Of a DNA stretch of 64,000 nt, positions 1 to 13,724 are shown one piece after another. Positions within the stretch are counted from its first letter, which is position 1; each line of letters begins with the position of its first letter. The stretch covers positions 1 to 64,000 of the forward strand of contig JAQGDQ010000583.1 in the NCBI GenBank assembly GCA_030141605.1. The letters run 5' to 3'. The translations under genes and the position numbers were made by a program. Under the pieces are notes generated by a model. The model ran no database searches, was not told the origin of the DNA, and worked only from the letters and a program-made list of their open reading frames with translations. The stretch comes from Tubiluchus corallicola. Lineage: Eukaryota > Animalia > Priapulida.

Positions 1-124
<124 letters not shown>

Positions 125-597
125 CTTCCCTCTTTTTTTCTTTCAACTCAATAATATATAATACCGCGAATTAAGTTCGCGTAATAATGTTTGCAGAGAA
201 TTTCAACAATCTTATATTTCCGGATGTGTGGTTATTACGCGAAGAAAAAACGATTTACAGAATAGAAAAATCTGCTTCAGCCTTTAATTTTCTCAACACG
301 ACTTTTCTTCGGCCGTTTGGAGAAAGAACCTGCCTCTGTTGACAGTAAAAGTGCATGCAAATCCAATGCGAAGGTATTTCCATCATCACAGATTGTCATA
401 ATAGGATTTCATGAAACTTTTGCGTGTATTAAACAAATTTCCAGTTTCCTAAATTCCGTATAATAATAACTTGCCACTTTGAAATATGTTAACCTGCTTT
501 CGTGAAATATGTTAACCTGTTTTTCTTTTCATTCGAGAAAGTACAAGTAATTAGCATTGATTAGCATTGATTGATAATTTTCTAAAATGATTTTTAG

Positions 598-768
598 TTG
601 GCAGCAGTCGCTTCACCAGCTTTGTCCAACAAGAAAAAGTTTCCGCTTACTCTGCGTAACCTCATTAGTGACGCAACATCAAAGGGACCGAGGATAGCTC
701 TTCTGAAACAGTACGGATGGCATCGAGTTGCTACCCTGCACCAGACGGGAATTGACCTATTTACCTTG
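598..768 (+). CDS. Inverted copy of exon 3 of the GABA-B-like class C GPCR, both splice sites intact
   Basis: ttttag|TTG...TTG|gtaaat; LAAVASPALSNKKKFPLTLRNLISDATSKGPRIALLKQYGWHRVATLHQ resembles GABA-B1 [22 protein letters not shown]...WGWKKIATIQQ. Confidence 0.85.
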
Positions 769-1353
769 GTAAATAAATAACAATGTTGATTTTTACACTT
801 TCTGTGCCATAATATTAACTACAACAATGCATTGTGCCGTTCCACACTTTCCCGTATCCTATATCGTGGAGCATCATACCACGCATCATATGTCATGCTA
901 TATCACTGTGACAGCAGAAAGCCACACGATATCAAATCCTGACCAAAATTACATTAACGTACTACAGTGCAATCAAACGCAATGCGATGCAATACAGCAC
1001 ATTACAGCTACTGCCTGCATACTTCAAATCATACCCACATTTCACTATCTTGGCTGAAATTATTTGTGACTTTGAAATTTGAAAGTCAATAAATGTTCCT
1101 TAGTGAAAACTTTATGCTGCATAAATCTCATCCGAATATTCGTTTTCTTACTAATGTGTAATATTACTATGCAGTAATATTCTTTATTGCTTTTTAATCT
1201 TTGCAGTCGAATGACGTTCTTGTTAAGGCACTGCACGAACAAGGCTTTCAGATAGTAGCCAGCGAATCGTTTAAATTTGATCCAAAGCCTCAAGTTGCAC
1301 GCCTCAAGGTATCTCTAAAATATTTATTGATTAGTTAAAAGCAGATGTTATTA

Positions 1354-1530
1354 TTAGCTCGCTGTAAATAGGTCAATTCCCGTCTGGTGCAGGGTAGCAA
1401 CTCGATGCCATCCGTACTGTTTCAGAAGAGCTATCCTCGGTCCCTTTGATGTTGCGTCACTAATGAGGTTACGCAGAGTAAGCGGAAACTTTTTCTTGTT
1501 GGACAAAGCTGGTGAAGCGACTGCTGCCAA
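1354..1530 (-). CDS. GABA-B-like class C GPCR exon 3, sense copy, donor lost, ends ...DLFTAS*
   Basis: Same acceptor and sequence as 598-764, in phase 0 with exon 2. After TATTTAC it diverges into A GCG AGC TAA. Confidence 0.8.
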   Translation of the reverse strand: MAAVASPALSNKKKFPLTLRNLISDATSKGPRIALLKQYGWHRVATLHQTGIDLFTAS

Positions 1531-2004
1531 CTAAAAATCATTTTAGAAAATTATCAATCAATGCTAATCAATGCTAATTACTTGTACTTTCTCGAATGAA
1601 AAGAAAAACAGGTTAACATATTTCACGAAAGCAGGTTAACATATTTCAAAGTGGCAAGTTATTATTATACGGAATTTAGGAAACTGGAAATTTGTTTAAT
1701 ACACGCAAAAGTTTCATGAAATCCTATTATGACAATCTGTGATGATGGAAATACCTTCGCATTGGATTTGCATGCACTTTTACTGTCAACAGAGGCAGGT
1801 TCTTTCTCCAAACGGCCGAAGAAAAGTCGTGTTGAGAAAATTAAAGGCTGAAGCAGATTTTTCTATTCTGTAAATCGTTTTTTCTTCGCGTAATAACCAC
1901 ACATCCGGAAATATAAGATTGTTGAAATTCTCTGCAAACATTATTACGCGAACTTAATTCGCGGTATTATATATTATTGAGTTGAAAGAAAAAAAGAGGG
2001 AAGA

Positions 2005-2531
<527 letters not shown>

Positions 2532-2541
2532 ATTAACTTAC

Positions 2542-2679
2542 AGAAACTAGATTCCAATATTTTGCTGTTTCTGTCGTTGGCTCAGCCACGATGGAACATC
2601 CACTGACAAACAACATTTGCTTGATTGGCGGTAAGAAGATCTGGTCAAACAACGCCCTCATGCTTCCTCCAGCAGAACA
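2542..2679 (-). CDS. GABA-B-like class C GPCR exon 2 (Venus flytrap domain)
   Basis: ttttcag|[46 protein letters not shown]|gtaagt; 138 bp, phase 0/0. Aligns with GABA-B1 [45 protein letters not shown]. Not in the ORF track. Confidence 0.9.
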
Positions 2680-3203
2680 CTGAAAATCGAGTCCAACGTT
2701 TATTAAGTCACACTAAGTGACACTAATTTCACGTAAATAGGACTATTACGCTCGATGTATAGTCCCAGATCAATTTCCCTTCTTGATAAATAAGTGAAAC
2801 CATAATTATGTAGCTACACAAACCGTCTCTTACGATTTTTTTATATTCAAACAGCGTTGGTTTACGTTTTAATCGAAAGCAAGTACTGTGTTTACTTAAT
2901 TAAAAAAATCAAGGCTTCATTATGACAGAGTTTGTGGGAAAAAAGCTGGAGACATTATTATAAGCAACAGTATAAGAGAGAACGCCAACAGTCAAACTTC
3001 ATAGCATTTTTTCTTTCTTAGAATTTTTTTCTAATAACATATTACAGTGTTTAGAATACCTGTGTCGCATTCTATAAAATTAATATTCATCTAATGGAAA
3101 CGAACTCTAGAATGCAGCAGGTATGCGACACATTACAGGCTGTTGTTTAATTGCATGCAGGTTGTTATAACGAGACGCCTGTGCACACCTACATGAAGCA
3201 TAT

Positions 3204-3372
<169 letters not shown>

Positions 3373-3548
3373 CGTTTAGTCCAGAGATAACACTTAATAC
3401 TTATTGAGGTGCTCCCAGGGTAGTTAAGGTACTTTCCAAGGTGGTCCCGATTATTATTACCCTCATGTTACTTCGATAAAAACGCATGTTTGGTCGAAAC
3501 ATGCCATATATTTACTTCCTCTTCTCTCTTCCTCTTTCTCTCTCTCTC

Positions 3549-3579
<31 letters not shown>

Positions 3580-4094
3580 GGGCTTCATTAAGACATCATG
3601 AAATTAGGCTTCATTACATAATGTTATGATAATTACTTCCAATTATTTAATAATTTTTCGGCGGAATCGATTGCCTGGTAAGCCTGGTGGGTCTTTCCCG
3701 CCACTTTTGTTTTAATTCTACGTGCAAGTAAGCTTTCTGCATGCTAAAAGCAGTGTGAATTGTAAATGCGCATCCATTGTTCACTTAATATCTTCTGAGC
3801 TCTTCGTCCTGCACTCAAAGATGCAATCTTATAGGTTATAATGGAAGATATATTAGCAAAGCTTCATTTTTCGCACGCGTCTTTCTGTATATATGGCGCT
3901 GGCTTATATTTGCTACATGTTGTTCTGTTTCAATTAATACTCGAGTAAATATTTATTAAACGCAAATTTAGGCATACTGCTACGTTTTTACTGTTGGGTT
4001 TTATGAGAAACTATGTCATACAATGTGTTATTATTACATCTTGTTATTAATATAAAAGGGAGAACAACACGATAACTGAGCAAGATTGTAAAAT

Positions 4095-4395
4095 GTGTCT
4101 TTATTTTCCTTTATCTTTATGTATTTATCTCTATCTGCGTCCAAGTCCCTTTCTCTGACTCTGTCTGTGTCTTTGTCTTTCTCTCTGTTTCTGTCCCTGT
4201 CCCTGTCTCTATCTCTATCTGTGTATTTGTCTCTGTCTCTGTCTCTTTCCCTGTCCCTGCCTTGTCCCTGTCCCTGTCCCCGTCTCCGTCCCCGTCCCCG
4301 CTTCCGCCTCCGCCTTCGCCTCCGCCCCCGTCTTCATCTCCATCTCTGTCTTTGTCTCTGTTTCTGTTTCTCTCTGTGTCTCTGTCTCTATCTGT
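4095..4395. repeat. Degenerate pyrimidine-rich hexamer array
   Basis: Units such as TCTGTC, CCTGTC, CCGTCC, CCGCCT, CCATCT, TCTCTG. Confidence 0.85.
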
Positions 4396-4553
4396 AGAAG
4401 ATATTGAGAAAATGGCACTAAAACGGACCAAAGAAATGAACGACAAGACGGTTAAGTTTATAATTCATTGACTACAGTAAGGAAAAAACTGACATTTTAT
4501 GAAACAAAATTTTCAAGTCAAATTATAATAAAAGGAATGAAACATTGTCTTAC

Positions 4554-4790
4554 CTTAGAATCATCCCAAATCAATTCTAATTCATAATTTGGCAGGATGC
4601 TAGAGTCATTGTTGATATGGACTAACGCCAGTTCGGAAGCTGGAGGATGGGAATCCTTCACCAGTCTGTTGCCACTGGTTGGATACAAACCAGCAATAAA
4701 GATTTTGGTTTTCTGTGGGCTCTGAGCTTCAACGTAACCTAATAACACCCCACAGCTAAGACACACCATTAAACTGATGCGGAAAAGCAT
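4554..4790 (-). CDS. GABA-B-like class C GPCR exon 1 (signal peptide + start of Venus flytrap domain)
   Basis: MLFRISLMVCLSCGVLLGYVEA signal peptide, then IFIAGLYPTSG...PASELALVHINNDSSILPNYELELIWDDSK|gtaag; compare GABA-B1 VYIGALFPMSG...[30 protein letters not shown]. Confidence 0.9.
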
Positions 4791-5344
4791 TTGTTAATTG
4801 AGATATATCAGCCAAGAATATGACGAACAATCTTATCTTAACATAAAATGTTCACATTTCCTTTGCACCTCTATAAAAAACGTTTTGACAGTTTCGATGT
4901 GACTGCATCTACTTAAGAAATACGTCAGGCTGGTTTGATGATGTTCATTTGAATTTTTCTGGAAAAGACATTCACTGACGTTTTTACCAGGATTTTTCAA
5001 GTTGTCACGCAAAATGATGCTCAGTTCTAGGTGTGCTGCGTGTTAGAGCATGTAAGCAAGGTGCGCAAAGCCCGCCTATTACAACACTGAGTTAGCAAAG
5101 AGAATAATAATTGACATTAATGCACCGGACTTTCCCGCGTCATGTGATATTTTAATGTGCAAACCTGTGCATATTAAATTGATTTTTCCAAGTTGTTGAA
5201 AAGGGTTTTTGTATTATGTCAAAATTTAACTGAAAAACATGACATAAATATAGTAAAAAAATTAGCTTTTATTATTTTCACTGCACTTTGACAGCATGAA
5301 TCATTAAGCCATTCATCCATCACACTGAAAATAAGCCTGTTCAC

Positions 5345-5692
5345 TGTTTCGTTGTGCGCACGCGCATTTGCTGCAAGGTTAAGTGTACTGTACCACAGCG
5401 AACTACAACCGTCACGTGATGTGGGTAAAGCAAAGCCATCTGCCCCATCAGTTCAGTAACGTCAGTTGTTTTACATGGACTTTACTTAATTATGCATTCG
5501 GGTGATTTACTAGCAGGATCTTGCTTGGGAACGAGGAAAAATGAATTAGATAAGGTTCTAGCTAGCTGTTAGAACTGTTACTATTACAACAGCATGGGCT
5601 GCGAGGCGTTGTCAAGTGTACACAACTGCGCTGTCTGGCACACTTAACCTTTGATCTTTTCACGATCATCATCAATCACTGGAACTGTGAAA
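5345..5692 (+). repeat. Dispersed repeat, about 350 bp, copy 1 (unclassified TE fragment)
   Basis: Colinear with 28739-29073 (gtttcgttgtgcgcacgcgca...aggttctagctagctgtta...ttcacgatcatca...ctggaactgtgaaa). Confidence 0.85.
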
Positions 5693-6624
5693 AGACATAT
5701 TATCATCCCCTGGGTTGTCATGATATTGTTTATACTTTTTTTCTGCTCAGCTCCTATGTTTATGAGTAAAATAAACCGCAGAAAAATACTTCTGTAGATC
5801 AACAGTCTTGCAGGGGACGCGTATTGGAATTTTACCACATTCTTTAAGCCAGAACTTTCAGCATCTCTTTTGAAAAGATAAAGAAGAGGGCTACAACAAG
5901 GTGATGTAGTTGTTTGTTATCGTTAAAAGAGTAAATGTTCGTGGAGCTTTGCGTAACATAGTAACCGTCAAATGCCAAAAAAGACCATTAGGCATGTAAT
6001 TCTAAAAATACTAAATTGGTTTCCAAAAGTTCAAAACAGTTTTAAAACCTTAAAAAAGTTGAAAAAATAGTTTTTAGTTGAAAAAATAATAATCCCTCCT
6101 TAATTATAAATTCTGCCAGGAGCTAATGTGTGCAAAGCACTCGTCATCATAGACGATAATGACGACGCTGACGATGATGATGCTGATGTTGATGGTGTCG
6201 ATGAAGACGACGACGACAATGATGATGTTGATAATTGTGGTACTGATATATAACCACAGTATGGTAGCAATGATAATGGCTGTGCCGCTTCTTGGTGCCT
6301 CATTTTAGAGGACTAACCTAAACAATGGGCTAATTTGTGTTCTTGCTGCAAACATCATCATCATCATACTGTGATCTGTAGTGAGTGAAGGCTTTTGGGC
6401 CTTTCTTTTCTAGGCCTTCGTTGAAACTGCTTAGTTAATTGACACTTTATAGTAGGACCTGCGTTCTGTACCTTGTCCCCTGGACATTATCGATCCGTAT
6501 GGGCGTAGCCAAGTAATCCGTAGATGTAAATGTCATTGAGTACAAAGTATATCATTTGATAACAAGATAAAAGATATTTGTTAAGAACATATCTGTAACT
6601 AGGTACAGACAATGCACACGATGC

Positions 6625-6762
6625 GTCACTGTCATTATCATCATCGTCATCATCATCATCATCATCGTCATCATCATTGTCATCACCATCATCATCATCA
6701 TCTTCATCATCATCGTTATCACCATATCATCATCATCGTCATCATCATCATCGTCGTCGTCG

Positions 6763-6793
<31 letters not shown>

Positions 6794-6800
6794 CACAATC
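6625..6800. repeat. (CAT/CGT)n microsatellite
   Basis: Direct reading. Confidence 0.95.
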
Positions 6801-7462
6801 ATGCCCAATTCCTGGTTAACGTGCAGTTGATATTGATTACAGGAAGAAGAGATATAATTTTATCGCTGCAATCGTGATTTCAACATGCAATTAACTTTTT
6901 CTCCAAATAACAGTAACCAATAGCAACCATGCTCTTTATTTACATAATTTTATTATCTACAAAGATTAGCAAACACAACAAACAAAACCAAACAAATATT
7001 GTTATATACCGTAAGATCACAACAAAACGTAACGACTACAAAATGTGAAAAATGTTTTTCTTTTCTCTTACTTCCTTGCGTTCCTACAAGGGAGTTGTCA
7101 ACACCTTAGGGTACTTGTCTTAAAATTTATGATTTCACATCAAAGTACTTTGATGAGATGATTATACACGACGCACTGCTTTTTTCCTGTATTACTTAAT
7201 ATATCGACAAAATTCCCACTTTCTCTGCATATAAAACTAAAACTGTGCTGACTTCAAAGCTGTCATTCCTGTTGTTAAATAAGGCCAAAATAACTATTAT
7301 CAGAGGCAGATTTTTTACTGCAGGGAGCTGCAAGGTCTGTGTATTTAATTAAAATCACAAATCTATATAATACATTTCTAAGCTTATTCAGCAGCACCAA
7401 CTTTATCTACTATCATGTGCACAGACTGCTGAAAACTGCTCAGAGCCGTACACTTTATAATA

Positions 7463-7818
7463 CAGGGTGTTCGGAAAGTCACTGTGCACTTTTCTAGTCA
7501 AGTTTTTTTTTATATTTCAACGTTTGATCTCAATATATAGCATAATAAGAGGGATCCAAGCATGTACTGATGCTAACGGGGAGGATCCAAGCCTGCACTG
7601 ATGCTAACGGGGGCGGATCCAAGCCTGCGTTGATGCTAACGGGGAGGATCCAAGCCTGCATTGATGCTAACGGGGGAGGATCCAAGCCTGCATTGATGCT
7701 AACGGGGGTCACTTTCGACATTGTTTATAATTGTCATTTATATTTACCTCCTGTATTCTATATTGAAAAACGTCTGTTAAAAAATATATAACTGCACAAC
7801 GACTTTCTGAACATCCTG
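7463..7818. mobile_element. Tc1/mariner-type MITE
   Basis: TA|CAGGGTGTTCGGAAAGTCACTGTGCA ... TGCACAACGACTTTCTGAACATCCTG|TA: about 26-bp TIRs, TA TSD. Confidence 0.85.
7552..7708. repeat. Minisatellite, 5 copies of a 31/32-bp unit, inside the MITE
   Basis: GGATCCAAGCCTGCATTGATGCTAACGGGG(G)A repeated. Confidence 0.95.
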
Positions 7819-9447
7819 TAGCCATCACTAAATCATTAATTTTATTCTCAACAGCTTGGGCAGTATGTACTAAGAATTAACATTTAAAAAGATGTGGCTA
7901 ACTAACATAGCCAAAGCAACAAAAACCAAACATTTTTACGTATTTGGGACTTTAAATGTCTAAAAGAATCTTGCTAGGAACCATAAATTTCTGAAGGCAG
8001 TTGTTTTCAATTCGGTAGTGCATTCTTTGGAATAACTACCCAACATGACACCCAATTAGTATTATATTCGGACCTTGTAGTTGTTTTTTTTTACTATTTT
8101 TAACGATACTTATTAAAATCTTTTGTTTGTAACTTTGGATTTCCGGAAACACTCTTCAGAGAAAGAAGAAACAAACAACAATTAAGTCGTGATGTATGAA
8201 AGTGACAATTACTAATACTTCTGGCAAAAGACGACAATTAGGATTTTGCATATAATTATGTACAGCCCGTTTTCTGCATCTAATACTAACAATTCGATCA
8301 AAATACACACACGATGTTAAAGATTTTAAACAAGTCGCGATGTTAATCTTCGCTGAAGAAATAGCGGCTTTCTTAAGCAATGCGTCTGAAAATAAAACAA
8401 AAAAAAAAACGTTATGAAAACACATTTTTTTTTGATGATGACGATTCTTTCTTACCTTTGCCAATATTTTTGCGTCAAGCTTGTAAGTTTCTTACTTGGC
8501 GTTAAAGCTTGTTGACTACATAAATAGACATCATCGAAGAGGTAATGTATCATTTGGAGAAATTACTGGGAAAAAGCAATAATGCGTACGGTAGATGAGC
8601 CAAACTGAGTCGTTGATTAGGTGTTTGTTTATTATTGTTTGATGAATTTCTATCGCACACGAAGTACAGTTCCTAAAGTAAAACAGGCCACATCATAAAA
8701 AGATTTAGAAAAGATAAAACACAATATTGAAAACTAGCAGAGACTATAAACGTATGTACAAGAAATAATTTATTTTTTGGTAAATAATTTAAAACACATT
8801 ATTATTAAAAATGGAGGTTTTTAGACAAATGTAAAATTAATTGCACTGCCATGAAACTCCTGTGCACATTTGCTTCATACAAATTTTTAATCATAGTAAT
8901 TCATTCATATTGCTTATGTTGCACACTGTTTAGAAAGTTAGAATGGTTACAGATTTGACTGATTTTTTTTTAGTTGAATTGCCAATTATATGGTTTTTTT
9001 TTTGGGGGGGGGGTAACGGGCACCCCTCTGAAAATTTTTAAAACTTCGCTCGGAATGCATTTTACGTAGTTTTCTTCTTGAAGAGACTGTCTCCGGCAGG
9101 CAACACTGTGTCATGGGGTCCATCATTCCATCATATGTGGCATATACGTGTGTTTACTTTTTGAGTTGGAGAAGTAGTACTAGGTGGGGGGTAATGGACA
9201 CGACCGGGTTTCCCGATTTGGGTAACGGTCCGAGAAAGTTTGGGATACACTGTCCTATATTCTAAGTTCCACACATTAGTCCAAACCTTGGAGTACCCAT
9301 GATGATTTACAACCTGTAATGTTACGTTTTTAATAAAGTAGTTCACAGATCCGTTAGAAATGTTCATATTTTGCTGCCGTTGGTGTTGTTGTGGTTTCGT
9401 TTTGTTGTGCAGTCGTTCGAATTATTCAGAATACCAACTGTCAGCAA

Positions 9448-9989
9448 CAGTGGCGACTTTTAGCTAAAATTACTGGGGTTGCTGCTTCAGAAATTTTTTA
9501 GCCATTGTTTTAATACTGTGTAAAACGAAACAAATTAAGTAATTTTAATGTTGTAATTTTAAACAAACAAACATACGAAAATTTATGCATGAACTTGATA
9601 GAATCCTAAACAAAAAATATTGTTTGCTTACGAATACACCAAATTGTCGCAATTCAATAATATGCCGGTATAGGGTATTTAAGCACGTGACAACTGACAA
9701 CACTAACTGCATGAGCGACAGTACTCTTTCTACCTATAGTGCAGTATCTCATCTCAGACAAATGCGCATGGCCGCATGCGCACAACAGCCAAGCAGTAGC
9801 TTTTTGAGGTGTGAGCGCACTGTGCTGGGCTGTGAAGCAAACAATAATACCTTCACGTGCTCTGCACCGTACAAGTATAAAAGAAAGAGCTAAAGAAAAA
9901 AACACTTATTATATTGAATATTATCGATAATATTGAGTGAAAATAGGGGGTGCTGCAGTTCCATAGTACCTATACAAGAGCCGCCACTG
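9448..9989. mobile_element. hAT-type non-autonomous element
   Basis: TIRs CAGTGGCG...CGCCACTG; flanks gtcagcaa / cacagcaa (6/8 TSD match); related copy at about 45890-46466. Confidence 0.75.
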
Positions 9990-10630
9990 CACAGCAACAT
10001 CTTCTTGTTTTTATCTTCTTTGTCTTTTTAAAATCTCAATTCACTGACGCAAAGGTAAATAAAAATGTAAAAATTCCATTCTTACCTGTGGACACGTTCC
10101 GGGACAAAGTTTATAATCACAGGAAAATTTCATCTCTCTCCCAGGAGGGAATGCGTGGGCGTACAGGTATGCTTGCATAATTGTTTGTCCTCCATTACTT
10201 GGGACTTTGTGAAGATTACTCATCATATTTTGATTAAGGCTGCACCTGTAAAATAAGGTTTTCTTTGTTCATTCTTTTATAGATGCTGTTGCTGATGCTG
10301 CACTCTTGCTGTGTTGTTGATGCTGCTTTTTATCTTGCTCGTTGCCGCTGTTGCTGCTATTTCTGTCACTGTTGTTCTCGTAGTCATTATCGCCGCCGTG
10401 GCCGCCGCCGCCGTCATATCATAATTGCTTTAATTTTTATCTTTACTTTAATTTATTTAGTTCAATTATCTAACTAAAGCCTTCGATCTCTACCCCTTTC
10501 TGTTGTAATCGTGCGTAAAAAGCGGTTGAACAAGAATGGTCATCAAACTACCGTATTCTACACTTGAAATTCTACACTACAATTCTACACTTTTGCCATT
10601 AAAAATACTGTTCTTACCATGTTCTCTTAA

Positions 10631-11132
10631 AGGAAGACAGGATGATTTTTCATATACTACCGCATTTTCAAGTCCGACCAAAAAGTATACATTTTAAAAC
10701 AATTAATACTGCAAAAGCGTTTCTAGAAATTAAATAATAGATTAAAAACTTAATTAATGGCGGGCGAGCTGTATTGATGACATCACAAACTAACATAATT
10801 TTCAGTAGCAAAAACATTCCACGAACGCGTTGTACGTGTTTGTGAAAGAGAAAATTGAAGCACAGTACTACTGTAAGATATTCAGTGCGTTGTACTAAAA
10901 CTAGGCCAGTTTTAAGATAAAAATTCAAATTCCAAATTCACCGCTGTGCTCGCGCATGAGCTGCTGAACGTGTGTAGTTCGCAACAAGCTAACACATCTG
11001 AACTGAGAGGTACAGCACCTGTTTTTCTGTCCAACGCGTTTCCGAAATGCAGGCGCTATCAATGTTTTCCTTTCAATATTTTAAAGAGTAGATTGTTTTG
11101 ACCTACAGTTTAAGATTGGGTCCGGTTTTACT
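10631..11132. mobile_element. TTAA-flanked non-autonomous DNA transposon (Kolobok-like), copy 1
   Basis: TTAA|AGGAAGACAGGA...TCCGGTTTTACT|TTAA, imperfect 12-bp TIR; an inverted copy at 49459-50041 shares both ends. Confidence 0.75.
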
Positions 11133-12194
11133 TTAATAGTTGCTATTTGTTATCTTCTATGTTTAAGCAACTATAGTATGTTATTTTTTTCGCACAATGT
11201 AATAATAGATTGTTGCCACATATAAGTATATCGTACGAACGGGTTAATAATTTGCGACTACGAATTCGTGGCTATGAATTAATGTCGTGCGCACGGAAAT
11301 AATTCGTGGCCACGAATTAGTAATTTCTTCAACGTGGCATTTGGTGGCTCCATCTAGCTATAATTTATAAAAGAATTGCCAATGACATACACTTTGCGTT
11401 AGGTTTGCAGAACTAAAAGCAGCCAGGACCTAAATCTAGGCGCAAATAATATTGTTTTCTAATGGAAACATTGTAATTTGCTTGCCTTTGTAAATTATCC
11501 TCGCGTGCATTAAACTTGGTTTCGTTTGTCTCCTTATAAGATTACAAATTAGGTAATTTCCTAATTGAGTTACATTAATCAGAAGTTCTCTTCAATTAGC
11601 TGAAATTTCATTACGTTTTCGTCCAAGTTCTTGTTCCGTTGATTCAATAAAACAATTAAGCAATGCGTGCTCGCAGCACTGACACAAATGTAGTAAATTA
11701 ATACAATTAGCAGGTAACAAAACTCACACGTCCTCACGTACTGCCTCATAATATACTTGCTTTTCAAATTACATGCAACTTTGCAAAATGGACGCATAGA
11801 CATTCTTGTTCAACAGAAGTCTTTCGTATTATAGTTTAGTAGCTCTGACTGCTATAATTGGGCAGCGTACGCTCAAGAACTTTGTTGGCTTTTATTTTTG
11901 GCATTAAAATGACATGCGATTCGTAAAAACAGATTAAACATGAAATACTATTATTAAAATAATATCGTAACCAAACCTGGTGGTGCCGATTCACCCTGTC
12001 ACGACACAGTTGTGCAGAAAATGTCCAAATGCGTAAAACGAAGTGAAATTATACATTTGAGCAACTGATTTTACCTAGCGAGAGTTCTAATCGATTGTGC
12101 CCTATGTTCTTTTTACGGAACAGGTGCTGAGATGGAATACGCAACAACCCGTTGAACCGAACAGACCATTACGTAAGAGATGATTTTGTACCTG

Positions 12195-13537
12195 GGGCCG
12201 GTTTCACAAAGCTGTCACTAAGTTAACGACGTCGTTATAATGCTCTTTTTCATTCATATCTTTTATTCGCGAATTTTTCTGCATGACACTCTTTTTTCAT
12301 GCTTATTTCTTCCATGCTCTCAGTTTCTAACTTTACCCACTAATCTTAATTAAATTCTCCCATTAATAAGATCCCGTTTGCAACTACTGCTTATAACACT
12401 ACGTATAATAATCCCAATTACTGAACAATCTACTTTCATTCAAAAATTTGGCGTATAAATACACGTATAATCAAAAATACGCGAACATCCTACCTAGCGT
12501 TTGTCTGTTTATCTAACGCAAAGCCAGCAGCGGCAGCTTTTACTGAACTAAAGTTATAAGATTATAGACAGAGCATAATGGATGACGTCAGAACAATGGC
12601 TTTGCGTCTGCAGTTTTCTAAGCGAAAATTGCTGAAAATAGAACATCTAATTAACTCGTTCGTCCCGGTGGGCCCGATTCGAAAAATAAACCCCCAATGG
12701 CACGACACTAGATCGAGACCTTTCGTTTGATGTATGGATCGCCGCAAATGATGCCATCGTCGAAGCTGTAGCCTCGAATCTTATATATATATATATATAA
12801 ATATATTAAGCCCATACCAGTAGAATTAATATATAGATAAATGAAATTGTTGTCTCTAGGTATTATACTTTACCAAACACATTTTGCAAGTACTACTTAT
12901 TATTTTTCATTTTCTTTACCCAAACCAACGCCATATAGATCATTTTTATTGTAGATAGATTTTTTGCCCCCTTCATTGTTTCTTGCCGAGTTCTCTAATT
13001 ATTATTGATTTGGTTAATTTGACTACATTAATGATTATGACTTACGTTTATTATTTTGTTGCTATTAATGAATTACTCATCATTCGTTTTGTTTTAGTTT
13101 GCTTCAATGTTTTACTTCATAGTTAACTATTTTTGGTTTATTATGTTACTTACAAACCTTTTGTTCGTAAGTAAGTTTCCAAAATTGCATTCTTTTGCTT
13201 AGATTTATGTATATAATTTTATTCAATTGATTTTTGTTTTTAGTTTCTTTGACAATTTGTACTATTTTTCTTTTCTTATTTGTTTTTGTTATCTGCAGCA
13301 TCAGCGTTTATTTTTAAAATGCCAATCTATCTATATGAAAGGCAGGAGACTAGATGACCTCTTTGTTCCCTCCCTGTTCTGCTCCGTGATTACAATTATT
13401 TTATATATAACTAAAACCTTTGCTGTAAAACTATATGGAGAAAATAAATGTTCTATGTCTATGTGTATATTATTACATTCACTTATACTATTAATAAAGA
13501 CGTCGTTAAGTTAGTGACGGCTTTGTGAAACTGGACC
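12195..13537. mobile_element. PIF/Harbinger-type non-autonomous element
   Basis: CTG|GGGCCGGTTTCACAAAGCTGTCACTAAGTTAACGACGTC ... GACGTCGTTAAGTTAGTGACGGCTTTGTGAAACTGGACC|CTG: about 39-bp TIR, 3-bp CTG TSD. Confidence 0.85.
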
Positions 13538-13724
13538 CTGGTATTCAACGCAACTGTATAATAGCATCGTAGCGACCAGACCATCATAATGTAGAAATGA
13601 TGTAGAAATGAGAACGAAAAAAATGGCATTTCCTCCCTGGAATCTACATCCATCTAGGGCTCGCTTGTCGTAACTTTTAATTACAGGGATTCTATTATAT
13701 CTGGACACATTGTAGTTTGGACAC

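Noticed and set aside
7552-7708. CRISPR-like repeats of about 31 bp
   Set aside because: Head-to-tail units with no unique spacers, eukaryotic context, inside a MITE
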